Source of the DNA: Flectonema sp. DT1601 | Lineage: Eukaryota | Reading direction: 5' to 3' | Assembly: GCA_964019425.1 (NCBI GenBank) | Contig: OZ025795.1 | Coordinates: 806,001 to 870,000 of the forward strand | Length of the DNA: 64,000 bases | The notes under the pieces: generated by a model | Databases searched by the model: none | The model's input: the letters and a program-made list of their open reading frames with translations, nothing else | What the model was told of the DNA's origin: nothing | Translations under genes and position numbers: made by a program | Part shown: piece after piece, positions 23,019 to 35,000 of the stretch | How positions within the stretch are numbered: the stretch's first letter is position 1 | How the letters are laid out: each line of letters starts with the position of its first letter

Positions 23019-23289
23019 GAACCGAGTGTACGTGGCATAAAAAGACTGAAAAGTTCTTTGATACCGATGTTTAATTAAATCTGTCACAAGTTCTGATAGA
23101 TGGATGAAAAGGTCAATTACATAACGTCAATCTTGTTAGGAATTTGTTATGGTTTTGGCTGACAGGGTATCCTGATGCTCTTCATACATTTTGCGAAATA
23201 AAAATAAAAAACGCGCTAACAAGGTGCAAGAGTTATTGGATGAGGGTAATTTAATGGGAGGGGGACTTGGATAAATAAATACACTTATC

Positions 23290-23380
23290 AAACCGTGAAC
23301 CGACTTAAACTGATAAAGCTAAAGGAGGTTTACGTGTACTGCCAACATTCTTTTTCGTTCTTACAATACTTGTTAAATGC
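23290..23380 (+). mobile_element. Family B element (copy 2)
   Basis: High identity to 15674-15766; abuts a family A copy through AAAA. Confidence 0.8.
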
Positions 23381-23384
23381 AAAA

Positions 23385-23505
23385 CCATTCAGATAAGCCT
23401 TGTATTTTGTTGATCGCAGCTAGTGTTACTGGCGCACAGGGAAATAGATAACATGACATAATAAATGACGGCTCTTAATCTGAATAGTTTCTTCTCTCTT
23501 CTTGC
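23385..23505 (+). mobile_element. Family A element
   Basis: CCATTCAGATAAGCC...CTTAATCTGAATAGTTTCTTCTC; the terminal hairpin is degenerate. Confidence 0.78.
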
Positions 23506-23582
23506 ATTATAATTTTCAAATCTTTTTACAAGCTGAAATGAATCGCCTGAAAAGAAATAAAAGTCCTGCTGTCTACCATAAG

Positions 23583-24419
23583 TTAACACCTTTTTTTTGG
23601 TGAACATACTTCGCTCCAAGATGAAATCTGAAAAAGGTCTTCTCTCGTGAAGTCAATGATTGCAATATTACTATTTTTTTGAAAAGTCTTTGGGACCGTA
23701 AGCGACAACCGCGAGTTATACTCTTTTCGCGTGGATGGTATTGTAAGAACGGAAACTACGAATTCCTTAGCCGTAGTTTCAAGGATATCTGAGACAAAAC
23801 AATGTACCTCACTCTGAGTCATTGGAAGGCCAACCCTACCACTACCAGGTACCTCCGCAAGCGGAATAGGATGCCCTGAAGAGTTTCTCAACTCCCCATT
23901 TTTTGCCAAAAACACGAAAGCTTTTGAAAGGATTTGATCACCCAGAAGTTTCATATTTAAATTATTACACTTACAAATATGATAACCTCCTTCAGTTGTT
24001 AACATGATTTCAAGTTGACCCATTGTGAGGTACGTAACATGGATGTCAACTTCTACTCCTCTTTGGTAGTATAAAGTAGCTGGTATACTTCCATAACGTG
24101 CAATTAATGGACAATAAACAACATCATAGTCAGGTAATCTACCAGGAACTACTACTACGCTACCAGACTCTCCCATATCTCCGTACTTCCTTTGTAGTTG
24201 TAGTGGGCTTGCATTACTACCAATAGCTAATACTGCTATTCTTCGTATGCCTGTTGCATCCTTTTCGTCTTGTAGATAAGTAGACCAATCTGGAATTGCT
24301 TCTGTTACTCCTTCTCCTTTTTCTGAATAGCGAAATACGAAAGATCCCTCTGGACGAGGGAATGGGTACGACAAAGCAAAGCTAATCTCATCCTCCAAGG
24401 TTTTCTCAGGTAGTGACAT
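23583..24419 (-). CDS. Gamma-glutamylcyclotransferase (GGCT)-like fold protein, bacterial-type family
   Basis: First ATG at 24419 (MSLPEK). VLAIGSNASP is the GGCT-type xGSN loop; also YDVVY...YGSIPATL and MLTTEGGY (candidate catalytic Glu). Confidence 0.65.
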   Translation of the reverse strand: MSLPEKTLEDEISFALSYPFPRPEGSFVFRYSEKGEGVTEAIPDWSTYLQDEKDATGIRRIAVLAIGSNASPLQLQRKYGDMGESGSVVVVPGRLPDYDVVYCPLIARYGSIPATLYYQRGVEVDIHVTYLTMGQLEIMLTTEGGYHICKCNNLNMKLLGDQILSKAFVFLAKNGELRNSSGHPIPLAEVPGSGRVGLPMTQSEVHCFVSDILETTAKEFVVSVLTIPSTRKEYNSRLSLTVPKTFQKNSNIAIIDFTREDLFQISSWSEVCSPKKRC

Positions 24420-25087
24420 GTTAAAGTAGCTTACTAAGAAGAAAGAATGAAAAATCAACCAACAGTATACAATACCAACTGTGAATAGCAAAGAGAAATA
24501 GTTGAGAAGAGAGAGAGAGAGAGAAGAGTAACTGTGGCATCTCAGCACCAACGCCAACCAGCCTCCTAAGAGGATGGGGCATATGACGGTTGCCAAACAG
24601 CTGTTGAAGTTCAGTAAAATGATTTCTTACAAGAAAATAAATTCGAAAATATGATAGAAACTCAAACACAAAAGTGAGCTGAAAAGATTTATCAACCATT
24701 CTTTAGCTACTTCATGGAAGAGGGAGTTGTGAGGAATCTTCTTCAATTCAAATGCGTTTGACTGTAAGAATTCCATTGTTGTTTATATAATCAAAAAAAA
24801 ACAGATAGAAAACCGAGAACTCGACATTGAATATTCTCCTTCAGAAAAAATAATCAAATGTCTCAAGTTGTTCAGAGAAAGGGGAAAAAAAAAAAAAAAA
24901 AAAGAGTAGGCTATATTTTAGGGAAATACCTTTGTACCGATATTTTCAGTGTTCAATAAAAGAGTGACGTACGTCTATAGCAGTATGTCTGTTTGTTCTG
25001 GTATTTGCAGCACTACTATGTTCAGTTAAATAATTAGATAGAGAAAAAGAAATTACTGACGAGTCTTGTCAGGTGTTCATAAAAAGT

Positions 25088-28000
25088 TTAAATTCTAGCG
25101 CGGACGACGTCGTCTAAATTGCCATCTGAGATTGCGTTCTTTACTTCGATTGCTTCTAATCCAATGAAGTTGTTCATTTCGTCGTCGTTGTCACTCCGTT
25201 TCTTAATTGTGAGATAGACGGCAACTAGTCCCCCTGTAACACACATCCCAATGATAGATCCCACAAGAGCCCAAACCCAACTGCTAGAAGACTTACTTGT
25301 TTTCTCAGCAGAAGTAGACACGTGCGTTACTTTTGCGTCAACGAGGATAAGTGAATATCCCTCATTGTTACTTTGTAAAATGGTATTCTTGCCCTCCTCA
25401 ACTTCGCTGCTGATGGTCGCTACATCAACATCATTTCCAGTGATGTAGTAATTAAAATAAAGTTCGTCTTCACCTCTCACTGCCTGATTTAGAGTCTCAC
25501 TCAACACAGACACCTCTCTCTCACTTGTAATAGTTGATTCCTTCAAAGCAGTCACGGCGTTACTGTCATCAACATTCCAATCAGTTAGTACTTTGTATCC
25601 CCAAGTAGAGAGTTTGTCAGCTGATGGAATTCTATCACCAGGTACTTTAGATCCCAAGTAGGTCACAATTAGACTCGACGGCTTTTCCTGTAACTTCTTC
25701 GAGGCAGCGATCATCGACATCCTAAAGAGTTGCACGTTCCTCTTCGGGTTGCGAGAGATGTTCTCCCAGTCACCACGGAAGCTGAGCCTGAATCCGTCTG
25801 CTGAATCAACAGCAGCAGTATCAGCATTCACATTGCAATGCAGACCAGTCCCGTTGCAGCAGTTTACGACCTCACTTTCAGATAGAAGCTTCTTACTAAC
25901 GGTACAGTCAACAGCACATCCTACCTCAGCAGTAGTACAGCAGTACTCCACCTCGGCATCACTCCAGATGTTTGACTTCATGACGCAGTCGACATGGTCC
26001 CTGGTTGCTTTACATCCAATTCCATCGTGCAAGCAGCAGTACTTGCGCTGCTCTTCCGACCATAATCCCTGCTTGGCCCGACTCATGCGGCACTCAAATG
26101 AGCAACCAATCTTCTTGTTCGCACAGCACCACTCTCGCTGCTCCGATACTAACTCCTTTACATCTGTAGTAGCACATGAAAATAGATCCTTAGGCGGGCA
26201 TCTCACCCCTTCATTCTTACAACACCAATCCTTCTGGTCTGCTCCCCAGGGGGCGATTGTTTCGTTGTTCCACCTGCAGTCAAAACCGTTTTCTGAATTA
26301 CATCCCTTGTTTGATTGCTTACAGCAGTAAGCAGACTGCTCTGAGCTCCACAGTTTCTGGTCACTACCGCAGTCGTACCCAACAACAGGGCAACCTATTG
26401 ACTGTTTGCAACACCGCACCTTCTTATCAAAGGACCACTTACTCATCTTCCCATTAAAGCAGTCGTATTCAACTGCAGGAGACTCATACTCAACTGAAGG
26501 AGTAGTACTCCAGTTGGAAGGCGATGAAGTTCCGTTCGAAGGAGGTGCAGTCCAGTTCGATAATGGAACAGACCAGTTTGAAGGTACGGTCTGGTTTGCT
26601 GAAGGTACGGTCCAGTTTGAAGGCATGGTCCAGTTCGATGATGGAACAGACCAGTTTGAAGGTACGGTCTGGTTTGCTGAAGGCACCGTCCAGTTAGAAG
26701 GCATGGTCCAGTTCGATGATGGGACAGACCAGTTCGAAGGTACAGTCCAGTTCGATAATGGAACAGACCAGTTTGAAGGTACGGTCTGGTTTGTTGAAGG
26801 TACGGTCCAGTTTGAAGGCATGGTCCAGTTCGATGATGGAACAGACCAGTTCGAAGGTACAGTCCAGTTCGATGATGGAACAGACCAGTTTGAAGGTACG
26901 GTCTGGTTTGCTGAAGGCACCGTCCAGTTAGAAGGCATGGTCCAGTTCGATGATGGGACAGACCAGTTTGAAGGTACGGTCTGGTTTGCTGAAGGTACGG
27001 TCCAGTTTGAAGGCATGGTCCAGTTCGATGATGGAACAGACCAGTTTGAAGGCATGGTCCAGTTCGATGATGGAACAGACCAGTTTGAAGGTACGGTCTG
27101 GTTTGCTGAAGGTACGGTCCAGTTTGAAGGCATGGTCCAGTTCGATGATGGAACAGACCAGTTTGAAGGCATGGTCCAGTTCGATAATGGAACAGACCAG
27201 TTTGAAGGTACGGTCTGGTTTGCTGAAGGTACGGTCCAGTTTGAAGGCATGGTCCAGTTCGATGATGGAACAGACCAGTTCGAAGGTACAGTCCAGTTCG
27301 ATAATGGAACAGACCAGTTTGAAGGTACGGTCTGGTTTGAAGGCATGGTCCAGTTCGATAATGGAACAGACCAGTTTGAAGGTACGGTCTGGTTTGCTGA
27401 AGGTACGGTCCAGTTTGAAGGCATGGTCCAGTTCGATGATGGAACAGACCAGTTTGAAGGCATGGTCCAGTTCGATAATGGAACAGACCAGTTTGAAGGT
27501 ACGGTCTGGTTTGCTGAAGGTACGGTCCAGTTTGAAGGCATGGTCCAGTTCGATGATGGAACAGACCAGTTTGAAGGCATGGTCCAGTTCGATGATGGAA
27601 CAGACCAGTTTGAAGGTACGGTCTGGTTTGCTGAAGGTACGGTCCAGTTTGAAGGCATGGTCCAGTTCGATGATGGAACAGACCAGTTTGAAGGCATGGT
27701 CCAGTTCGATGATGGAACAGACCAGTTTGAAGGTACGGTCCAGTTTGAAGGCATGGTCCAGTTCGATGATGGGACAGACCAGTTTGAAGGTACGGTCCAG
27801 TTAGAAGGCATGGTCCAGTTCGATGATGGAACAGACCAGTTCGAAGGTACAGTCCAGTTCGATAATGGAACAGACCAGTTTGAAGGTACGGTCTGGTTTG
27901 CTGAAGGTACGGTCCAGTTTGAAGGCATGGTCCAGTTCGATGATGGGACAGACCAGTTTGAAGGTACGGTCTGGTTTGTTGAAGGTACGGTCCAGTTAGA

Positions 28001-28720
28001 AGGCATGGTCCAGTTCGATGATGGAACAGACCAGTTCGAAGGTACAGTCCAGTTCGATAATGGAACAGACCAGTTTGAAGGTACGGTCTGGTTTGCTGAA
28101 GGTACGGTCCAGTTTGAAGGCATGGTCCAGTTCGATGATGGGACAGACCAGTTTGAAGGTACGGTCTGGTTTGTTGAAGGTACGGTCCAGTTAGAAGGCA
28201 TGGTCCAGTTCGATGATGGAACAGACCAGTTCGAAGGTACAGTCCAGTTCGATAATGGAACAGACCAGTTTGAAGGTACGGTCTGGTTTGCTGAAGGTAC
28301 GGTCCAGTTTGAAGGCATGGTCCAGTTCGATGATGGAACAGACCAGTTTGAAGGTACGGTCTGGTTTGCTGAAGGTACGGTCCAGTTTGAAGGCATGGTC
28401 CAGTTCGATGATGGAACAGACCAGTTTGAAGGTACAGTCCAGTTCGATGATGGAACAGACCAGTTCGAAGGTACAGTCCAGTTCGATAATGGAACAGACC
28501 AGTTTGAAGGTACGGTCTGGTTTGCTGAAGGTACGGTCCAGTTTGAAGGCATGGTCCAGTTCGATGATGGAACAGACCAGTTTGAAGGTACGGTCTGGTT
28601 TGAAGGCATTCCAGACCAGTTCGAAGGTGGAGGTGGACTCAAATTCGTATTGTTCGGATTAAACTGACCCGAAGTGACCCACACTACCAATAGAAGTATC
28701 AATAGTTTATGATGTTGCAT
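25088..28720 (-). CDS. Type I membrane surface protein (~1210 aa): signal peptide, ~700-aa PSNW(T/S) repeat stalk, Cys-rich WCC repeats, TM, short tail
   Basis: ATG at 28720 (MQHHKLLILLLVVWVTSG). About six W..eq..(W/Y)CC....GC modules. TM WVWALVGSIIGMCVTGGLVAVYLTI followed by KKR. Confidence 0.9.
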   Translation of the reverse strand: MQHHKLLILLLVVWVTSGQFNPNNTNLSPPPPSNWSGMPSNQTVPSNWSVPSSNWTMPSNWTVPSANQTVPSNWSVPLSNWTVPSNWSVPSSNWTVPSNWSVPSSNWTMPSNWTVPSANQTVPSNWSVPSSNWTMPSNWTVPSANQTVPSNWSVPLSNWTVPSNWSVPSSNWTMPSNWTVPSTNQTVPSNWSVPSSNWTMPSNWTVPSANQTVPSNWSVPLSNWTVPSNWSVPSSNWTMPSNWTVPSTNQTVPSNWSVPSSNWTMPSNWTVPSANQTVPSNWSVPLSNWTVPSNWSVPSSNWTMPSNWTVPSNWSVPSSNWTMPSNWTVPSNWSVPSSNWTMPSNWSVPSSNWTMPSNWTVPSANQTVPSNWSVPSSNWTMPSNWSVPSSNWTMPSNWTVPSANQTVPSNWSVPLSNWTMPSNWSVPSSNWTMPSNWTVPSANQTVPSNWSVPLSNWTMPSNQTVPSNWSVPLSNWTVPSNWSVPSSNWTMPSNWTVPSANQTVPSNWSVPLSNWTMPSNWSVPSSNWTMPSNWTVPSANQTVPSNWSVPSSNWTMPSNWSVPSSNWTMPSNWTVPSANQTVPSNWSVPSSNWTMPSNWTVPSANQTVPSNWSVPSSNWTVPSNWSVPSSNWTMPSNWTVPSTNQTVPSNWSVPLSNWTVPSNWSVPSSNWTMPSNWTVPSANQTVPSNWSVPSSNWTMPSNWTVPSANQTVPSNWSVPLSNWTAPPSNGTSSPSNWSTTPSVEYESPAVEYDCFNGKMSKWSFDKKVRCCKQSIGCPVVGYDCGSDQKLWSSEQSAYCCKQSNKGCNSENGFDCRWNNETIAPWGADQKDWCCKNEGVRCPPKDLFSCATTDVKELVSEQREWCCANKKIGCSFECRMSRAKQGLWSEEQRKYCCLHDGIGCKATRDHVDCVMKSNIWSDAEVEYCCTTAEVGCAVDCTVSKKLLSESEVVNCCNGTGLHCNVNADTAAVDSADGFRLSFRGDWENISRNPKRNVQLFRMSMIAASKKLQEKPSSLIVTYLGSKVPGDRIPSADKLSTWGYKVLTDWNVDDSNAVTALKESTITSEREVSVLSETLNQAVRGEDELYFNYYITGNDVDVATISSEVEEGKNTILQSNNEGYSLILVDAKVTHVSTSAEKTSKSSSSWVWALVGSIIGMCVTGGLVAVYLTIKKRSDNDDEMNNFIGLEAIEVKNAISDGNLDDVVRARI
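26525..28625. repeat. Coding tandem repeat built from 18- and 21-bp modules
   Basis: Repeated CCAGTTTGAAGG / CCAGTTCGATGATGGAACAGA / GTCTGGTTTGCTGAAGGTACG units encode PSNWTV, PSNWSV, PSSNWTM and PSANQTV. Confidence 0.97.
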
Positions 28721-29038
28721 ATTAATTAAATATAACTGAACCATAACGAGGGAATAAAATAAAAGTTTTAAACTAATTAAACCATCAAACGAAGAGAAGG
28801 TAACTCCCACTTGGGGTGTTTGTAAAAGAGATCGATAACTTTCCTTTACGTATAAGAAAATCCTGTTTGTTAGTGTAAAATACGTAGTAAAAAATAGTAC
28901 ACACAAGGCAAAAAAAAAAAAAAATAATAATAATAATAATAATCTTGAAAAAATAACGAACGATCAACAAGTAAATAACGGACAAGAACTTTAAAAAAAA
29001 AAAAAAAAAAAAAAAAGCTGAATAAATCATAGCATTAC

Positions 29039-32000
29039 TTAATTAGAGTTCAATGCACTCAGTAGTAGTGATCTCATGGAACTGTCATCTGTTCTCTCAA
29101 GAGCAGTACTGCCAGAGTAATCAGTCACTGATGGATCAGCTCCAAAATCCAACAGCAGTTGAGCAGTTGGCAATTGATTCCAAGTAACCGCATCCATGAG
29201 TGGTGTGTTACCAAAACTAACACATTGAGCATTACACAACGCTCCAGATCCTAACAGTAGTTTCACTATTTCAACATGCCCATGCTCTACTGCCCAGTGA
29301 AGTGGTGTTGCCCCTCGACTACTCTGAGATGACGTAGAGGCTCCAGCTGACAGTAACAACTTACAAATTTCAAGATGTCCGTATCTTGATGCTGCATGAA
29401 GTGCTGTGAAACCTGTTGTGTGTTGATGATGTCTTTATAAACATAAACATAAACACAAAACAATAACTCACACATACCACTACTACTCTTCGTAGTCTTC
29501 GCATCAATATCGAACATTGAACAGCTGCTAGAAAGTAACTTTCTTAACATCATCATATTTCCTTCCTTAGAAGCAGTTATCACTGCCTCACATAGAGGAG
29601 AAGAAGGCTTTCTAGCAGGTGGTGGATTAGATTGTGTAAGACCTTTATTTGAGTTATTATTGTATACAGAATGACTTATTGAATACACTTCATCAATAAA
29701 CACAAACATGACATACCTTCTAGTAGACGACTACCTGTTGGAGGTGGGGCTACAACAGGAACTGGAACTGGCGCTGGAGATTCGTAAACAACGCTGACTA
29801 AGTCACTACGAGGTGAAGATTCTCCAACAGACGACTGCTGTCTCAATAGAGAAGTACTTCTCTCAGTACTAGATGACTTCCTCATAATTGGAGTACTTGA
29901 ATACGTCTGATTTCCGTAATGTTTCAGCGAGTGATCCGCGATACTACCCAACGGAGGAGGTGAAGTTTGCGGTGTTTTTGGAGTAGGCAGACCACCCATA
30001 ACAGTTAGCATATCTTTCTGTATTGTAGTTAGCTCACTTTGCATTAGTGTAATGTCAGCATCAGACTGATCGAGACGAACAGACATGTAACTTTTTAACT
30101 TTGAGTATCGATCTCTGTAAGTTGCTTCTTCAGAAGTTGCTGCAACTGCTTGCCTGTTGAGAACTTCTTTTGCAATTATTTGCAAGCGGTCCTCACGTTC
30201 ATTATTCAACTGATCACATGTCTGTTTGTAGAGGTATCGGATTTCAGCTATTTTTTGAGATTCCGATGTGGAGGAGATTTCTTCGTAGTTTGAAGCCGAT
30301 AGCGTTTGAACAAGTTGCTTTGATTTTACCATTAAATCCTTCTTCACATTCCCGTAGTAACTATCTCTAACTGGACTACCCAGTTCACTACTCCAGATTG
30401 CTTCAGGAGAGTTTGGGTATCGAATATCCCGAAGTTCAATAACAGAATTCCTAATATCAGTTGCTAACAATGTCACAACATCAATTATGTGAGAGAGAGC
30501 TGCAGCTCCTCTCTTGTTACCAATGTCTAACACTTGGTTTACTTGTTCAAGTTGTGTGTCTTTTGATTCAATTGAAGTTTTTAATTCCTCAATCTTTGTA
30601 GAATCTTCATAAACAACATTATCGAGGGCTGCTTGTGTTTTCTTCAAGTCTGAAGTCACTTTGTTGTGAGCATCTGCCAGCTCCTGATAACGATGTTTGT
30701 CTGATTTCGCAAGTTCGAGTTCTGCAATTTTGCTTTCCAGCAACTCCTCACGTTGTTGATTGGTAGCTTCTATTGATGAGAGCTTTTCCTGCAGGTTTAC
30801 CTTGGCAGAGGTTTCCTTTTCACGTGCAATTCGAAGAAGTACCGAAAGCTCTTCAATCTTAGTCTGTTGAACTACTGTTAGTGAGTTTGACTCTGTGAGT
30901 TCTACTATCTTAGCTTCCTGGCTTTTTATGACCTCCAAGTCGCTGGCCAGTTTCTCCTTAGCTCTGGAGAGAACTTCTGTGAGCTCTTCCATTTTCTCTT
31001 CACCAGCTTGCTGGCTGATTTCCAACTCAGATATCCGAGCTTCAGTTTTTGATAACTTTTTAGTTTGGAGTTGTAGTTGTTCTTCAGCTTCCTTTAATTT
31101 GGTCATCTCATCGTCAGCTTCTTCAGACTGTTTCTTAACTATCAGTTCAGAAATATGGAATTCCGCTTCAGAGAGTTTCTCTGTTTTGATTCGCAGTAGT
31201 GCTTCAACTTCATTCAACTTCGTCAAGTTACTGTCATTGATGTCAGATTGCTTAGCCATCAGAGACCCTGAGTCAGAGAGACTTTTCTTTTGTTGCTCCA
31301 ATTGCTGCTCTAATTCCCCTTGTTTTTCTATTATACCATTCTTTTCGGTTACTTCTTCTTTTAATTTGGTTATCTGGTTGACTGCAGTTTGTTCTTCTTC
31401 CCTCAGAGCATCAATTTGACTTTTGAATTTTTCAGACTCTTTCTGTACTAACAATAATTCAGAAACTTTTAATTCAAAAGAATACTTCTCTTTAGAAAGC
31501 TGGTCAGAGATAATTTCATACTTATTTTGCAAATCTACAAAATTTAATTGTTTCTCCGCGTCCGTAGACTCAATTCCGTTTCCTAGAATCGTAATTTCAT
31601 TCTTTAACTTTGAAATTTTTTGTTTTTTACTCTTCAATTTCTCACTAGATATTTTGACTAACATTTCATACTTAATTATTTTTTCTCCAAGTTCTACATT
31701 TGACTTCTTCAGGTTAGAAACTTTCTTCTTCTTCTTCAAAATTTTCTCAGAAGTACATTCAAAATTCTCAGTCAGTTTCTTAACTTCCTCCTCAAGTTCT
31801 GATATCTTGCTTCCATCAGCATCACGAGTTTCGTCGGAAGCCTTTTTGGATTCGTCGATCTGTTCCTCAAGCGATTTTATCTTCTCAGCAGAAGTCTCTT
31901 CCGATTCCTTAACTCCCTCTTTCAGTTGATTGATTTCTTCATTAAGTTCGGAGATCTGCCTCTTGTCGATTTCATGTGCATCGTCAGCAGAACTCTTGAG

Positions 32001-35000
32001 AGACTCAATCTCACTTTCGAGTGAAGAAACATTCTCCGACTTCTCATCGAACTTCTTCTGAAGTTCCGAAATCTGATCCTCCAAATCACAAATCTTACTA
32101 CTCTTCGTATCATTCTCTGAAGTGTGAAGTTCTCGAGATTCTTCAACAGATTGCTTCAGAGACGAGATCTCTTCTTCGAGGGATTTGCTGCTCTCCTTTA
32201 ATTTTGAGATTTTATTCTTCTTCTTCGAAATCTTCTCAGAAGTATTTTCAGACTCCTCAGTCAGTTTCTTCACTTCCTCCTCAAGTTCTGATATCTTGCT
32301 TCCATCAGCATCACGAGTTTCGTCGGAAGCCTTTTTGGATTCGTCGATCTGTTCCTCAAGCGATTTTATCTTCTCAGCAGAAGTCTCTTCCGATTCCTTA
32401 ACTCCCTCTTTCAGTTGATTGATTTCTTCATTAAGTTCGGAGATCTGCCTCTTGTCGATTTCATGTGCATCGTCAGCAGAACTCTTGAGAGACTCAATCT
32501 CACTTTTGAGTGAAGAAACATTCTCCGACTTCTCATCGAACTTCTTCTGAAGTTCCGAAATCTGATCCTCCAAATCACAAATCTTACTACTCTTCGTATC
32601 ATTCTCTGAAGTGTGAAGTTCTCGAGATTCTTCAACAGATTGCTTCAGAGACGAGATCTCTTCTTCGAGGGATTTGCTGCTCTCCTTTAATTTTGAGATT
32701 TTACTCTTCTTCTTCGAAATCTTCTCAGAAGTATTTTCAGACTCCTCAGTCAGTTTCTTAATTTCCTCCTCAAGTTCTGATATCTTGCTTCCATCAGCAT
32801 CACGAGTTTCGTCGGAAGCCTTTTTAGACTCGTCGATCTGTTCCTCAAGCAATTTTATCTTCTCAGCAGAAGTCTCTTCTGATTCCTTAACTCCCTCTTT
32901 CAGTTGATTGATTTCTTCATTAAGTTCGGAGATCTTCTTCTTGTCGATTTCATGCGCATCGTCAGCAGAACTCTTGAGAGACTCGATCTCACTTTCGAGT
33001 GAAGAAACATTCTCCGACTTCTCATCGAACTTCTTCTGAAGTTCCGAAATCTGATCTTCCAAATCACAAATCTTACTACTCTTCGTATCATTCTCTGAAG
33101 TGTGAAGTTCTCGAGATTCTTCAACAGATTGCTTCAGAGACGAGATCTCCTCTTCGAGGGATTTGCTGCTCTCCTTTAATTTTGAGATTTTACTCTTCTT
33201 CTTCGAAATCTTCTCAGAAGCATTTTCAGACTCCTCAGTCAGTTTCTCAATTTCCTCTTCAAGTTCTGATATCTTTCTTCCATCAGCATCACGAGTTTCG
33301 TCGGAAGCCTTTTTGGATTCGTCGATCTGTTCCTCAAGCGATTTTATCTTCTCAGCAGAAGTCTCTTCCGATTCCTTAACTCCCTCTTTCAGTTGATTGA
33401 TTTCTTCATTAAGTTCGGAGATCTGCCTCTTGTCGATTTCATGTGCATCGTCAGCAGAACTCTTGAGAGACTCAATCTCACTTTCGAGTGAAGAAACATT
33501 CTCCGACTTCTCATCGAACTTCTTCTGAAGTTCCGAAATCTGATCCTCCAAATCACAAATCTTACTACTCTTCGTATCATTCTCTGAAGTGTGAAGTTCT
33601 CGAGATTCTTCAACAGATTGCTTCAGAGACGAGATCTCCTCTTCGAGGGATTTGCTGCTCTCCTTTAATTTTGAGATTTTACTCTTCTTCTTCGAAATCT
33701 TCTCAGAAGCATTTTCAGACTCCTCAGTCAGTTTCTCAATTTCCTCTTCAAGTTCTGATATCTTTCTTCCATCAGCATCACGAGTTTCGTCGGAAGCCTT
33801 TTTGGATTCGTCGATCTGTTCCTCAAGCGATTTTATCTTCTCAGCAGAAGTCTCTTCCGATTCCTTAACTCCCTCTTTCAGTTGATTGATTTCTTCATTA
33901 AATTCGGAGATCTGCCTCTTGTCGATTTCATTTGCATCGTCAGCAGAACTCTTGAGAGACTCAATCTCACTTTCGAGTGAAGAAACATTCTCCGACTTCT
34001 CATCGAACTTCTTCTGAAGCTCAGAAATCTGATCTTCCAAATCACAAATCTTACTACTCTTCGTATCATTCTCTGAAGTGTGAAGTTCTCGAGATTCTTC
34101 AACAGATTGCTTCAGAGACGAGATCTCCTCTTCGAGGGATTTGTTGCTCTCCTTTAATTTTGAGATTTTACTCTTCTTCTTCGAAATCTTCTCAGAAGCA
34201 TTTTCAGACTCCTCAGTCAGTTTCTTCACTTCCTCCTCAAGTTCTGATATCTTTCTACCGTCGGCGTCACGGTTCTTGTCAGAAGTGTCTTTCAAGTCAT
34301 CAATCTTTTCCTCAAGTGATTTCATGCCGTCTTTCAGTTTCGAGATTTTACTCTTCTTCTTCGAAATCTTCTCAGAAGCATTTTCAGACTCCTCAGTCAG
34401 TTTCTTAACTTCCTCCTCAAGTTCTGATATCTTGCTTCCATCAGCATCACGAGTTTCGTCGGAAGCCTTTTTAGATTCGTCGATCTGTTCCTCAAGCGAT
34501 TTTATCTTCTCAGCAGAAGTCTCTTCCGATTCCTTAACTCCCTCTTTTAGTTGATTGATTTCTTCATTAAGTTCGGAGATCTGCTTCTTGTCGATTTCAT
34601 GTGCATCGTCAGCAGAACTCTTGAGAGACTCAATCTCACTTTCGAGTGAAGAAACATTCTCCGACTTCTCATCGAACTTCTTCTGAAGTTCCGAAATCTG
34701 ATTTTCCAAATCACAAATCTTACTACTCTTCGTATCATTCTCTGAAATGTGAAGTTCTCGAGATTCTTCAACAGATTGCTTCAGAGACGAGATCTCTTCT
34801 ACGAGGGATTTGCTGCTCTCCTTTAATTTTGAGATTTTACTCTTCTTCTTCGAAATCTTCTCAGAAGCATTTTCAGACTCCTCAGTCAGTTTCTTAACTT
34901 CCCCCTCAAGTTCTGATATCTTGCTTTCATCAGCATCACGGTTCTTGTCAGAAGTGTCTTTCAAGTCATCAATTTTTTCCTCAAGTGATTTCATGCCGTC

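Noticed and set aside
24420..24596. Hydrophobic N-terminal extension of ORF 23583..24596
   Set aside because: Depends on a TTG start and runs through a (CT)n/pyrimidine tract that looks like UTR or acceptor sequence.
26406..28667. 753-aa plus-strand ORF (QFEGTVQFDDGTD repeats) and sister frames
   Set aside because: Antisense shadow of the stop-poor repeat. It starts at TTG, ends where the repeat ends, and the minus-strand frame has the signal peptide, Cys domains and TM.
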